DNA from: an uncultured delta proteobacterium
GTDB lineage: Bacteria > Myxococcota > Myxococcia > SLRQ01
Length of the DNA stretch: 64,000 nucleotides
Direction: 5' to 3'
NCBI GenBank assembly: GCA_963727485.1
Contig: CAVSGM010000002.1
Coordinates: 1,440,001 to 1,504,000 of the forward strand
The translations under genes and the position numbers were made by a program. Below are positions 9,752 through 21,539 of the stretch, piece by piece. How positions within the stretch are numbered: position 1 is the stretch's first letter; the number at the start of each line of letters is the position of its first letter. The notes under the pieces were generated by a model. The model was not told the DNA's origin and made no database searches. It was given only the letters and a program-made list of their open reading frames with translations.

Positions 9752-10642
9752 GTGACCGCCGCCGCCCGATCCGCCGCCGCCCGCCTCGCCGTGGGGCTCG
9801 TCGCCGCCCTCCTCGCCGGGGCCGCGCCCCCCATGTCCCGGGCGCCGAGCTGGGAGACCCGCTCGGTCCTCACCCTCGCCGGCGCCCTCACCCTCACCCA
9901 CCGGGGCCGGACCACCACGCGGCCGGTGAGCGACGGCTTCGCCGAGACCCGCAGGGTGACGGTCCTCGCCCCCGGCGCCGGGACGCCGACCAAGGTCTCG
10001 GTGACCTACGACGCGGTCCACCGGCGGATCACCGCCCCCGGGGTGCCCCCGGAGGTCGCCGGGCGGACCTTCGTGGTGGCCAAGGGCGACGCCGCCCACC
10101 CCGCCGGCCAGGTCACCGAGGGCGGGAAGAAGGTGAAGGCCTATCTCGCCGCCGAGATCGCCCACGACCTGCGCGACCTCTTCGTCCCCAATCCCTTCGT
10201 CGCCGCCGCCCGGGCGCTGGCCGCCCGGCCCGGGGCGAAGGTGCCCCTTCAGACCGGGGTGGTCGAGCGCCTCCTCGACCTCGGCGCCCACACCCGCGTC
10301 ACCAAGGCCACCCTGCGCCTGCGCCGGGCGCTCTCGGGGCGGGCGCTCCTCCACCTCGAGGCCCACCTCGAGACCACGGTCGGGGACACCCGGGTCACCG
10401 GGATCCTCGCCGGCCCGGTCGTGGTCGACACCCACGCCGGCCGGCTCTCGTGGCTGCGCCTCGCCGGGGACCTCGCGGGCCAAGGCGCGGTGACCCTGGA
10501 CCTCGGCGCCGGCGGGCACGGGGCCAAGGGTGGGAAGGCGCACGCCGCCGGTCCCCGGAAGCGCGCGCATCCGGTGAAGGTGCGGGCCCGGGCGCGGGTG
10601 AAGGTGCGGATCGGCTTCTCCCTCGCGCGGACCTGGCGGTAG
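9752..10642 (+). CDS. Exported hypothetical protein, paralog 1 of a tandem array
   Basis: Signal-like N-terminus; shares 'VSVTY', 'VAGRTFVV' and 'VTEGGKKV' with its neighbours. Confidence 0.75.
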   Translation: MTAAARSAAARLAVGLVAALLAGAAPPMSRAPSWETRSVLTLAGALTLTHRGRTTTRPVSDGFAETRRVTVLAPGAGTPTKVSVTYDAVHRRITAPGVPPEVAGRTFVVAKGDAAHPAGQVTEGGKKVKAYLAAEIAHDLRDLFVPNPFVAAARALAARPGAKVPLQTGVVERLLDLGAHTRVTKATLRLRRALSGRALLHLEAHLETTVGDTRVTGILAGPVVVDTHAGRLSWLRLAGDLAGQGAVTLDLGAGGHGAKGGKAHAAGPRKRAHPVKVRARARVKVRIGFSLARTWR

Positions 10643-10759
10643 CGCCCGGCCGCCTGCCGGGCCCCGGGGTTTCGGCGCCCGCGTGCCTTGGGTATGGTGG
10701 CGCGATTTCGAGACCAAGGGACCTTCACGCAGCCGGCGGACGCCGGCGGGGGGACGACG

Positions 10760-11635
10760 ATGGCAGGGGCGACGAAGACGGGGATGTCGATGGTGCTGGC
10801 GGGGGTGGCGGTGGCCCTCATGGGCGCGGCGCCGATCCCCCCGGGGCCGAAGGTGTCGGCGGGGTCGGGCTACGCGGCGACGATGCACGTCGACATGCAG
10901 TCCAAGACCGACCTCAAGCTCCCCGGCGGCGCCCGGACGGTGCCCAACGACGTGCACCTCCAGGAGACGGTGCAGGTGCAGGTGCTGGCGGTCTCGGGGG
11001 GCGCGGCCGAGAAGGTACAGCTCACCTACGCCAAGGTCGACGCCCCGGGGCAGGCCGGCGCCGAGGAGCGCAAGGTCGCCGGGCGCACCTTCGTCATCAC
11101 CCGGGGGCGCACGGCCGCCGGGGACCCGAAGGTCACCGAGAAGGGCAAGCCCATCACCGGCAAGCTCTCGCGCAAGGTGTGGGACGACGTCAGCGACGTG
11201 ATGGCGCCGCCGAAGGTCCTGGCGTTCCGCAAGCAGGTCCTGGCCCACCCGGGCAAGACCTTCCCGGTGCCGCCGGCGATCTTCCCGGAGCTCGCCGGGA
11301 GCCTCGAGAGCCAGCGCAAGCTGGTCTCCGCCGACCTCACCCTGGTGAAGGTCGAGCAGGGGAAGGCCACGGTGCGGCTCTCGACCCACCAGCAGATGTC
11401 CGCGTCGTCGGTGACCCTGAACCTGAAGACCACCCAGACCCGGGAGCTCGACACCGCCACCGGCCGCGCCCTCCACACCGACTACCAGAGCACCCTCGAC
11501 GGGGCCGGGGATCTCCAGACGCCCATCGGCGCGGTCCCGGCGAAGATGCACGGCACCGGCACCGGGGCGGCGACCTACACCTGGCACGCGGCGGCGCCCA
11601 CGCCGGCAAAGGCGAAGCCGGCCGCCAGCAAGTGA
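10760..11635 (+). CDS. Exported hypothetical protein, paralog 2
   Basis: Signal peptide ending 'MGAAPIPPGPKV'; strong GC3 bias; shared array motifs. Confidence 0.8.
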   Translation: MAGATKTGMSMVLAGVAVALMGAAPIPPGPKVSAGSGYAATMHVDMQSKTDLKLPGGARTVPNDVHLQETVQVQVLAVSGGAAEKVQLTYAKVDAPGQAGAEERKVAGRTFVITRGRTAAGDPKVTEKGKPITGKLSRKVWDDVSDVMAPPKVLAFRKQVLAHPGKTFPVPPAIFPELAGSLESQRKLVSADLTLVKVEQGKATVRLSTHQQMSASSVTLNLKTTQTRELDTATGRALHTDYQSTLDGAGDLQTPIGAVPAKMHGTGTGAATYTWHAAAPTPAKAKPAASK

Positions 11636-11780
11636 GCGCCGGCGGCCGGGGCCGGGGGACGCGGGGGACGGGATGCGGCGCCGGCGCGGGGTTTCCGCGG
11701 CCCGGGCGCGTCGGGTACAGTGCTCCGGGGGTCGGACCAGGGAACGCCACGGTGCCGACGGCGCCGGCGGGGAGGGGCCA

Positions 11781-12559
11781 ATGCGCGGTGTGATGCGAGT
11801 GGGGATGTCGGGGGGTGTGGCGGTCGTGGCGCTGGGGCTCCTGGCGGCCACGCCGATCCCGGTGGCGCCCCGGGCGAAGGTGGGCACGGTGTGCGAGGTG
11901 CACAGGACGCTGCGGAGCGTCCACGGTGCACCTGAAGCTGCCGAGCGGGCCCCGGACGATGCCCGCGCCGTCCCACGTCGACGAGACCCAGCGGCTGGAG
12001 GTGCTGGCGGTGTCGGGGGGCGTGGCCGAGCCGGCTGCGGATCACCTACGTCTCGGTGGACGCCGAGGGACCGGGGACCTCGGAGGACCAGGGGCTGACC
12101 GGCCGGCGCTTCGTGGTCAGCGCGGGCACGTCGCCCGCCGCCCGCCCGGAGGTCACCGAGCACGGCAAGCCCGTGAAGGACAAGCTGGGGCGCAAGATCT
12201 GGGACGACGTGGTGGCGGTCATGGGCACGGCGCCGGCGCGCCGCTTCCTGCGCCGGGTGCTCGCCAAGCCGGGGACCGCGCTGAAGGTGCCCGCCGCGAT
12301 CTACCCCGACCTCGCCGAGGAGACCGAGGAGCCGCCGCAGCTGCTCTCGGGGTCCATGCGCCTCGGGCTCCCCCCCCCGCACCACCACCACCCGAGCGAG
12401 GTCGCCACCGGGCGGGTACGCCACATGGACCTCGTCAGCCTCATGCACGGCCACGGGACGATGGAGCTCCCCGTAGGGCCGGTGCCGACGACGCTCGAGG
12501 GCAAGGCCACGGGCACGGCGGTGTTCACCTGGAGGCACGCGGGATCCGGCGCGAAGTGA
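11781..12559 (+). pseudogene. Paralog 3 with two frameshifts (~11920, ~12031) and an apparent internal deletion
   Basis: Pieces in three frames align to paralog 2 (LKLPSGPRTMP, VLAVSGG, VTEHGKPVKDKLGRKIWDDV, GTGTAVFTW-like end); GGAGG RBS; the frameshifts may be read errors. Confidence 0.7.
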
Positions 12560-12562
12560 GGC

Positions 12563-13129
12563 GTGCACGGAGGGTGGCGACGCTCGGCGCCCCGGCTGCC
12601 AAAGGGCACCGTGTGCACGGTGCACCGGGAGGGGAACTACACCGCCACGGTGGTCATCCACGGCCCCGGTCGGAATCGCACGGGGAAGCGCTACCGGCAC
12701 TACACGGAGGTCGTTCGGATCAGGGTGCTCGCGGCGACCCACGAGGTCGCCACCCGGCTTCAGGTCCGCTTCCTGACGCTGACCGGACCGCGGGGGCATG
12801 CGAGCCTGATCAGGCGGCTCCTCCACGGCAGGTTCGTCGTCACCCAAGGGTCCGTCACCTACCGCTCTCTGGGCGTGCGCGACGGGTTGGAGCGTTTCGA
12901 CGGCCGGTACCAGGCCGTGCTCCAGGGCGACCGGGTCCACGGAGCGATCACCCTCCAGGTGAAGGGCGCGCTCGACGCGACGACCGGGCAGCCCAGGTCG
13001 GCCATCGAGGTCGAGCAGCGCCGACTCCACGGCACGCTGGCGAGGCCCGACGGCCTCTTCCCCTTCGATGACGACGGCACCCTCCGGATGCGCGTCACCC
13101 TCACCTGCCGCTCCGGCGCCGGCTCCTAG
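12563..13129 (+). CDS. Diverged, shortened paralog 4
   Basis: 'GTVCTVHR' matches paralog 3 'GTVCEVHR'; 'GRFVVT' and 'LDATTG'; no signal peptide. Confidence 0.5.
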   Translation: MHGGWRRSAPRLPKGTVCTVHREGNYTATVVIHGPGRNRTGKRYRHYTEVVRIRVLAATHEVATRLQVRFLTLTGPRGHASLIRRLLHGRFVVTQGSVTYRSLGVRDGLERFDGRYQAVLQGDRVHGAITLQVKGALDATTGQPRSAIEVEQRRLHGTLARPDGLFPFDDDGTLRMRVTLTCRSGAGS

Positions 13130-13974
13130 TCCTCTTCCCAGGGCTCGGTGGGGATGACGACCTCGGGGAGCTGCTTGGGATCGGGCACCTCCCAGAAGTC
13201 GCCCCACAGGGTCTTGCCGCCGTCGACGGTGAGCACCTCGCCGGTGACGTAGGCCGACGCCGGGCTGGCGAGATACGCCACCGCCCAGGCGACCTCCTCG
13301 CAGGTGCCCAGGCGCTTCATGGGCACGGCCTTCTGGAGGTTCACGAAGAACTCCGGGCCCACGGGGTAGCGCTTCATGCCGCTGGAGGCGATGTAGCCGG
13401 GCGCCACGCAGTTGAGGCGGATGCCCATGGGCGCCCACTCCACGGCCAGCGTGCGGCTCATGGCCTCGACCCCGGCGCGGGCGGCGACCGAGTGGGCCAT
13501 CCCCGGGAACGAGCGGCGGGTGAGCATGGTGATGGAGACCACGGTGCCGCCGTGCTCCAGCATCCAGGCAACCGCGGCGGCGCGGGTCATGTGCCAGGTG
13601 CCGGTGAGGTTGGTGTCGACCACCGCGCGCCAGCCCTTCTCGGAGATGGTCGCCGCCGGGGCGAGGAACTGGCCGCCGCCGTTGTTCACCAGGATGTCGA
13701 GGCGGCCGTGGCGGGCGACGATCTCCTGGGCGAGCGCCTGGGTGCTCTCCTCGTCGCGGATGTCCACGGTGAGCCCGGTGACCTCGCGGCCCAGCTCCTC
13801 GGAGAGCCCGGCGGCGGCGGGGGCGATGTGCGCCTCCTTGCGGGAGGCGATGCACACGGTGGCGCCGAGGTGGCCGAGCTCGCGGGCCACGGCGGCGCCG
13901 ATGCCGGTGCCGCCGCCGGTCACCAGCGCCACCTGGCCGGCGAGGAGATCGTCGCGGAAGATCTTGCTCGTCAT
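13126..13974 (-). CDS. SDR oxidoreductase (trans-2-enoyl-CoA reductase / citronellol dehydrogenase-like)
   Basis: TGGGTGIG, NNGGGQF and 'HSVAARAGV'. Confidence 0.9.
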   Translation of the reverse strand: MTSKIFRDDLLAGQVALVTGGGTGIGAAVARELGHLGATVCIASRKEAHIAPAAAGLSEELGREVTGLTVDIRDEESTQALAQEIVARHGRLDILVNNGGGQFLAPAATISEKGWRAVVDTNLTGTWHMTRAAAVAWMLEHGGTVVSITMLTRRSFPGMAHSVAARAGVEAMSRTLAVEWAPMGIRLNCVAPGYIASSGMKRYPVGPEFFVNLQKAVPMKRLGTCEEVAWAVAYLASPASAYVTGEVLTVDGGKTLWGDFWEVPDPKQLPEVVIPTEPWEED

Positions 13975-14063
13975 GGCGCCGAGGATGCCCGAGGCCGGCG
14001 GCGAGGGAAAGGTCGCCGGGTCGGCGGCTCCCCGCGCGGTGGGGTTGGCGGTAGGCTCCGCTC

Positions 14064-15152
14064 ATGAAGTGCCCCGACGACGGCCGCGACCTCGACGGCG
14101 CCGGCGCCTGCCCCACCTGCCGGGGTCGGCTCCTCGAGGCCCATGCGGCCAGCGCGCGGTGGCCCGAGGTGAAGCTCGCCCCGGAGACCCGCCTCGACGC
14201 GCCGGCCTTCAAGCGCACCCGGCTGTGCCCCGCCTGCGAGGCGCCCATGGCGCCGTTGCGCATCGGCGACCAGCAGGCCTGGGTGGAGCGCTGCCCCGGC
14301 TGCGACCACCTGTGGGTCGACTCCCTGGACCCGCCGGTCTTCGACCGCCTCCAGCGCCGCGGCCGCCTCGAGGGCGCGGTGGCCTCGCTGCCCGCCGAGG
14401 AACGCCGCGAGCTCGCCACCGGCCTCGCCGCCGCCACCGCCGGCGGGCCCCGGGCGCTCGACCCCGTCCACAAGGCGCTCGCCTGGGTGGGGCTGCCGGT
14501 GGTCGAGAACGTCGACGGCGACAAGCGGCCATGGGCCACCTACGGCCTCGCCGCCGCGCTCCTCGGGGTGTTCCTGCTGGCGCCGCTGCCGAGCCTGGTC
14601 TTCGTCGCCGGCCGCGGCGGCCCCTGGCACGCGTTCACCGCGATCTTTGCCCACTTCGGCTGGCTGCACCTCCTGGGCAACGTCTACTTCCTGGTGGCCT
14701 TCGGCGACGGGGTGGAGCAGCGCCTCCCGCGCGCGCTCTTCGTGGGCCTCTTCGTGGTCGCGGGAATCGTCTCGACCTTCGCCCAGGGCGCGGTGGCGGC
14801 GCCGGGCACGGCCATCGGCGGGGCCAGCGGCGCGGTGGAGGCGGTGATGGGCGCCTGCATCGTGCTCCAGCCCCGGGCCCGGGTGGTGCTGGGGTTCGGG
14901 GTCACCCTTGGCCGGCTGCCCATCGTGGCCTTCGGCGTCCTGGAGCTCTGCTTCCAGCTGGTGATGCGCGCCGCCGGGGTCCCCGGGGTCGGGTGGACCG
15001 CGCACCTGGCCGGCCTCGCCCTGGGCGTCGCCGCGGGACTCGCGTGGCGGGCGGTCGTCGTCGAAATCCCCGGCGGTGGGATGAGCTCCCGGCCGTTCAT
15101 GTCGAGCCCCATGACCTCGTCCCAGAAGCGGATGGGCCGCGCACCTTCGTAG
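14064..15152 (+). CDS. Rhomboid intramembrane serine protease with N-terminal Zn-ribbon domains
   Basis: CPxC pairs; 'HFGWLHLLGN', catalytic GASG and 'AHLAG'; the C-terminal end is uncertain because of an overlap. Confidence 0.85.
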   Translation: MKCPDDGRDLDGAGACPTCRGRLLEAHAASARWPEVKLAPETRLDAPAFKRTRLCPACEAPMAPLRIGDQQAWVERCPGCDHLWVDSLDPPVFDRLQRRGRLEGAVASLPAEERRELATGLAAATAGGPRALDPVHKALAWVGLPVVENVDGDKRPWATYGLAAALLGVFLLAPLPSLVFVAGRGGPWHAFTAIFAHFGWLHLLGNVYFLVAFGDGVEQRLPRALFVGLFVVAGIVSTFAQGAVAAPGTAIGGASGAVEAVMGACIVLQPRARVVLGFGVTLGRLPIVAFGVLELCFQLVMRAAGVPGVGWTAHLAGLALGVAAGLAWRAVVVEIPGGGMSSRPFMSSPMTSSQKRMGRAPS

Positions 15153-15670
15153 GCGATCGGCGCCCAGCTGGCGCCACCAAAGTCGATGGACAGGTACGCC
15201 TTGAGGTTCGCGCCATAGTGGACGATGTCGCTCTGGTAGATGGAGAGCACCGCGTTGCCCGCCTCGCAGGGCGTCGCGGGCAGGCACCGGTGGCCGTACA
15301 CCGGGATCATCGTCGGCGCCTCCGCCACCAGCGCCCGGAGCTGCACCTTCCGCGTCTCGAGGTCCTCGGGCACCGGGCCCCAGGCCTTCAGCCACAGGTC
15401 GTTGTGCTCGAGGTCGAAGAGCAGTCCCACGAGGGGCCAGTCGAGCAGGCGGCGAAGCGCGTCGTCGCCGCGGCGCCAGTCGGGGAAGCGGCCGCCGGTG
15501 GGGAGGATTTGCCCGAGCATCGCCCTAAGGTCCGGGGGGAACGGGGCGCCGGCGAAGGCCTCGGCGGCCAGCAGCTCGGCCTCGGTCAGGCCCGCCTCCC
15601 AGGAGCACCGGTCACGGGCGAGGCTCTGCTGGAAGGCTGCCAGCTCGTCGTCGTCGAAGAAGCGATCCAT
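15050..15670 (-). CDS. SMI1/KNR4 (SUKH)-like protein; true stop unclear (frame is open to 14684)
   Basis: GGAG RBS and ATG at 15670; 'GLTEAELLAAE...FPPDLR', 'APTMIPVYGHR', 'SDIVHYG' and 'IRFW'. Confidence 0.7.
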
Positions 15671-15693
15671 GCCCGGTCTCCTGCGCCCGACCC

Positions 15694-16648
15694 TCAGAGC
15701 GTGTAGACGATCAGGTCCGAGTACGGCGTGGTCCCGGTCGGCGCCACCGTGACCCCCAGGTTCGGCCGGCCCACCCCGTCGCCTTTGTCCGGCGCCAGGG
15801 TCGTCGCGATGTTCTCGTTGCGAATCGAGGACCACGTTGATCTTGTAGTCGCCGGGGTGGATCTCCGGGAGCTTCACCGTGGTCTGCCGGGCGCCAGCGG
15901 CGACCACCTGCCGGGAGCTGCGGCTGATGGCGCAGGGGGCGGCGAGGCTGCAGTCCTGCGTCGAGAGGGCGACCCACACCTGCGCCTCCTTGGGGAGCGG
16001 CGCGGTCCAGGTGACGGTGACGTCGAGCTCGGGCATCGGCGGCAGCGGCGGCGCGGGGCCCTGGGGCGTCATGTGGCTCGTGTAGTCCTTGGGCAGGGTC
16101 CGGGTCTCGAGGCGCGTCGCCTGCCACAGCAGGTGCGGCATGCCCTTCACCTTCACGTCGAAGGTGAGGTGGGTGTCGTCGGCGAAGGTGTAGGTCGCGT
16201 CGATGTAGCTGCAGCCCTTGTCCACGTGGCAGAACTCGTAGCTGCGCGCCTTCGCGTCGTACTTCACCAGGTGGGTGAAGTCGTCGCGGAGCATCCCCTG
16301 GAAGTAGCCGCCGTTTCGGTAGGTGAGCACCGGGCCGCCGGGCCCGGGCTCCACGTCGAAGCCGAAGCGCAGGGCGTCCTGGGAATCGAGGTCCACCCGG
16401 CCCCAGAAGAAGTCCGGGGTCATCGCCCGGAAGTCGACGTTCATCATCGGGAAGTCGCCGAGCGGGGTCTGGGTGGCGGGGCCCGACCAGAGGCCGGCGA
16501 GGTGGTCGATGAGCGAGAGGCCGGAGGCGGCGGTGGTGCCGCCGTCGGAGCCGCCGCCGGCGCCCGAGGTGGCGGTGCACCCGGCGGCGGCGGCGAGGGC
16601 CAGGAGGGCGGCGGCGAGGGGAGCGAGGGGGCGGAGGGCGCGCGTCAT
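15694..16648 (-). CDS. Hypothetical lipoprotein (frameshift near 15823)
   Basis: Lipobox 'AAAGC'; removing one base at GATTC restores 'VLDRNENIATTLAPD' through to TGA at 15694. Confidence 0.75.
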
Positions 16649-16722
16649 CGGATCCAGAGACCACACGGTCTCCGCACTGGCAGTGCGGGGCGTCACACGC
16701 GTCCGCCGGCCCCGGCCTGCCC

Positions 16723-17064
16723 CTACGGCACCTCGCACACGTCCGAGCGGATGAGGAAGCGCATGCCCTCCGGCGCCTCCAGGGAGAAGCCGGCGCCGCG
16801 GCCGGGGACGGCGTCCAGGGTGAGCCGGGTGTGCTTCCACAGCGCCCACTGGTCGCCGCCGATGTAGAAGGGCGTGCCCTCGAGCTCGCCGAGGAGGACG
16901 TCGCGCGCCCCGACGTGGAACTCGCCTTGCGGGTAGCACATCGGGGCGCTGCCGTCGCAGCAGCCGCCGGACTGGTGGAACATCAGCGGGCCGTGGTCCG
17001 CCTTCAGCTTCCGGATCAGCTCGAGCGCGGCGCCCGTCGCCTGCACCTGTGGCTCGCCCGCCAT
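16723..17064 (-). CDS. DUF779 family protein
   Basis: 'HGPLMFHQSGGCCDGSAPMCY' and 'GRGAGFSLEAPEG'; usual partner of AldB/ExaC. Confidence 0.92.
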   Translation of the reverse strand: MAGEPQVQATGAALELIRKLKADHGPLMFHQSGGCCDGSAPMCYPQGEFHVGARDVLLGELEGTPFYIGGDQWALWKHTRLTLDAVPGRGAGFSLEAPEGMRFLIRSDVCEVP

Positions 17065-17069
17065 GGCGG

Positions 17070-18590
<1,521 letters not shown>

Positions 18591-18632
18591 TCTGGGTCCC
18601 CCAGGTGGCTGGTGAGTGGACGCCCGAACCGC

Positions 18633-18649
18633 TGCATACGGTGCACCAA
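18633..18649 (-). promoter_or_regulatory. Putative sigma54 promoter of the aldehyde dehydrogenase
   Basis: Minus strand TTGGTGCACCGTATGCA gives GG-N10-GC, about 45 bp upstream of the ATG. Confidence 0.65.
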
Positions 18650-18790
18650 GGGGCGTGTTTCCCAGCGAAATGGGCCCCACCGGCTCCGCCGGGTGCAGAT
18701 GGTGCAAGCGAGCCGCCTGCAGGTGTGCATCGGCTGCCCCCGGTCATTCGCCCCAGCGGGGCACCGCCGCCAGCGGAAAGCTGCTCGCGT

Positions 18791-20036
18791 TCAGCGCGCG
18801 GCCGGGACCCCGGGCGCGCGCATCTGCGGCGACTCGCGGACGAAGGCGAGGAGCACGGCGCAGATCCCCATGAGCACCGCCGCCCCGGCGATGGCCGGGA
18901 GGAACGAGTGGAACACCGTGTTCACCCAGCCCATGGCGTACACGAAGACCACCGCCACCTGCCCCGCCAGCGCATAGAGCCCGTTCGACGTGCCCTCGGG
19001 GACCGGGTGGGTGATCTCGGCGCCGTACTGGTAGGCCACCGGCGCCAGCCCGGTGAGGAAGAAGCCCACGAGCGCGAAGCAGGTCAGAAGCGTGGAGAAC
19101 CGCCCGGCCCACAGGAGGCCCGCGAGCGGCACCACCGAATCCCCGCCGAGACGAAGAGCACCGCCTTGCGCCGGCGCAGCTTGTCGGAGACGAGCGGGAG
19201 CACGATGGCGCCGACGATGCCGCCGATCATCATCGCCGCGGCCAGGGTCCCCGCCTCGCCCTGGGAGATCCCCCGGGGCCGGACGATGGCCTCGACCCAG
19301 ATCGACAGGCCGTTGAAGATCCCCCGCCGACGAACAGCGCGATGGTCAGCAGCCAGAAGTCCCGGCTCTTGAGGATGAGCTTGAGGCCGTCGAACATCAG
19401 CGCCCGCTCGTCCTCACCGGCGGCGCCGGGGGGCGTGGGCGGGGCCTCGCGGAAGAGCACCAGGAAGACCACCGCCGAGCCCAGCGCCAGCGCGCCGGCG
19501 CCGAGCTGCATCCCGTGGAAGCCGAGGGCCTTGACCGCCACCGGGCTGAACGCCGCGCCGAGGACAATCCCGAGGAACGCCGCCACCGCGCACAGGCCCA
19601 CCGCCGTCGCCCGCTCCTTCAACGGGAACCACCGCGCCGCCAGCTTGGCGAAGGCCCCGAGGAAGAACGGCTGCGAGGCGGCGATGCCGATGGTGAAGAG
19701 CATCGTCGCCAGGTAGCTCACCGCGAACAGGCCCCGGAGGATCCCGAAGACCCCGAGGAGCACCGCCCCGAGCCCGATGCCCACGCGCAGGCCCCAGGTG
19801 TCGAGGATCCACGCCGCCGGGAGCGCCAGCGGCAGGTAGACCACCATGAACACCATCCCCAGCCAGCCGATGGCGTTGTCGGAGACCCCGAAGTGGACGG
19901 TGGCGGTGTGCATCACCGGCGAGTAGCAGATCCACAGGATCTGGCAGGCGACGTTCACCCCCATGAACACCCCAAGGACCACCCAGCGGTAGCCATAGAC
20001 CTTCACCGCCTCGTCCCGCGTCGCCTCGTCGCTCAT
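18791..20036 (-). CDS. MFS transporter (two frameshifts, ~19320 and ~19139)
   Basis: 'YGYRWVVL', 'WFPLKERATA' and 'LSDKLRRRK'; pieces in three frames join to about 415 aa. Confidence 0.85.
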
Positions 20037-20085
20037 CGCCCCTGGCCTCCGTGTGCGCCGGCGACGGGGATGGTATCACCGGCCC

Positions 20086-20958
20086 GTGCGCTACGACCCG
20101 CCCGTGTTCCGCCCGCCGTCCGAGGCCGACGCCCTGATCCTCCAGGCGACCCTGGGGTGCTCCTGGAACCGCTGCACCTACTGCAACATGTACCGGACCA
20201 AGCGCTTCCAGGTCCGGCCGGTGGACGACGTCCTCGCCGACCTGAACGAGGCCGCGGACGCGGTGGGCGAGCAGGTGGAGAAGCTCTTCGTCGCCGACGG
20301 CGACGCGCTCACCCTGCCCATGGACCACTGGCGACCCCTGCTCGCCGCCGCCCGGGACCGGTTCCCGAGGCTCCGGCGCGTGTCCTGCTACGCCATGGCG
20401 CGCAACGTCCTGGAGAAGTCCGCCGATGACCTCGCCGAGCTGCGCCAAGGGGGCCTGACCACCCTCTACCTCGGCCCCGAGTCCGGGGACGCCGTGACCC
20501 TCAAGCGCATCGCCAAGGGCGACGGCTTCGAGGCCCACGTGGAGGCCGCGAAGAAGGCCCACGCCGCGGGGATGACCCTCTCGGTGATCCTGCTCCTCGG
20601 CGCCGGGGGCACCGCCCGCTCCGCCGAGCACGCCGCCGAGAGCGCCCGCCTGGTGACCGAGATGGACCCGGAGTTCCTCGCGGCCCTCACCCTCACCGTG
20701 GTCGAGGGGACGCCCCAGGCCAGGCTCCAGGCCACCGGGCGCTTCGAGCTTCCGCCTATCGAGGCGCTCCTCGGCGAGCTGCGGACCCTCGTGGCCGAGG
20801 CCCGGCCCACCCGGGCCCTGTTCCGCACCGACCACGCGTCGAACTACCTGCCCCTCGGCGGCCGGCTCCCCGAGGACCGGGAGCGGATCCTCTCGGTCCT
20901 CGACGCGGCGCTCGCCGGAGAAATCCCGCTTCGCCCCGAGTGGGCGCGCGGGCTCTAG
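20086..20958 (+). CDS. Radical SAM protein
   Basis: CSWNRCTYC motif; 'RPPSEA' and 'HASNYL'. Confidence 0.9.
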   Translation: MRYDPPVFRPPSEADALILQATLGCSWNRCTYCNMYRTKRFQVRPVDDVLADLNEAADAVGEQVEKLFVADGDALTLPMDHWRPLLAAARDRFPRLRRVSCYAMARNVLEKSADDLAELRQGGLTTLYLGPESGDAVTLKRIAKGDGFEAHVEAAKKAHAAGMTLSVILLLGAGGTARSAEHAAESARLVTEMDPEFLAALTLTVVEGTPQARLQATGRFELPPIEALLGELRTLVAEARPTRALFRTDHASNYLPLGGRLPEDRERILSVLDAALAGEIPLRPEWARGL

Positions 20959-21076
20959 GCTTCGGGCGACCGCCCACCCCGCCTCACGAGTCAGGAACCG
21001 GACACCGCCATCGGCCTCGACCCCGCCGGCCTCCGCCACCAGTGCACGGCCACCGACGTCGCCAGCCTTCCGGGGG

Positions 21077-21536
21077 TCAGCGGGCGTCGCGGGCCCGGGT
21101 GCCGCGGGCTCGAGGCGCCGGACTGCCGCGCCTGCCACGCGGTACAGGGGCAGCCGCTGATGCTCCCGAAGAGCACGGTGCCCCTCGACCACCCCCCCGG
21201 CGACCAGGATGGGCCGGCGCGGCTGAAGAGGGCGCCGTCCAGGCGAGGTACACCGCCCGCGGCCCCGACGGCATGAACCGGACGGCGAGGTAGCCGAACG
21301 CCACCGGGCCTGCGAGGCCGCCCACCAGGACCTGGGTGGTCCCGGGCGGGCACGCCGGCGAGTAGCCGCCGCCGCAGGACCCGCCGGTCTTCACCATGCC
21401 GCGGGAGACCAGCGGGAATCAGCGTGATCCCGGCGGCGACGCCGGTGAGCCCGACGAAGGTTCCCCCGAGCCTGGTCGCCGGCGGCGCGTCGCCTCGATC
21501 GCCCGCCTGTGCTCCTCGCGTCCTTCCGGACACCAA
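21077..21536 (-). pseudogene. Fragmented hypothetical membrane protein
   Basis: TM segment 'FVGLTGVAAGITLI' joins 'LVSRGMVKTGGSCGGGYSPACPPG' after a one-base correction at 21416-21420; 3' part is degraded. Confidence 0.4.
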
Positions 21537-21539
21537 CTC

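Noticed and set aside
904..14539. Very long ORFs such as 904..4854(-), 1230..4931(+) and 9380..14539(-)
   Set aside because: Shadow frames of real genes in stop-poor high-GC DNA; Arg/Pro/Gly-rich with no motifs
14684..16939. Apparent 751-aa lipoprotein-SUKH fusion
   Set aside because: Produced by the indel at ~15823; the SUKH gene has its own RBS and ATG, and the lipoprotein has its own stop at 15694
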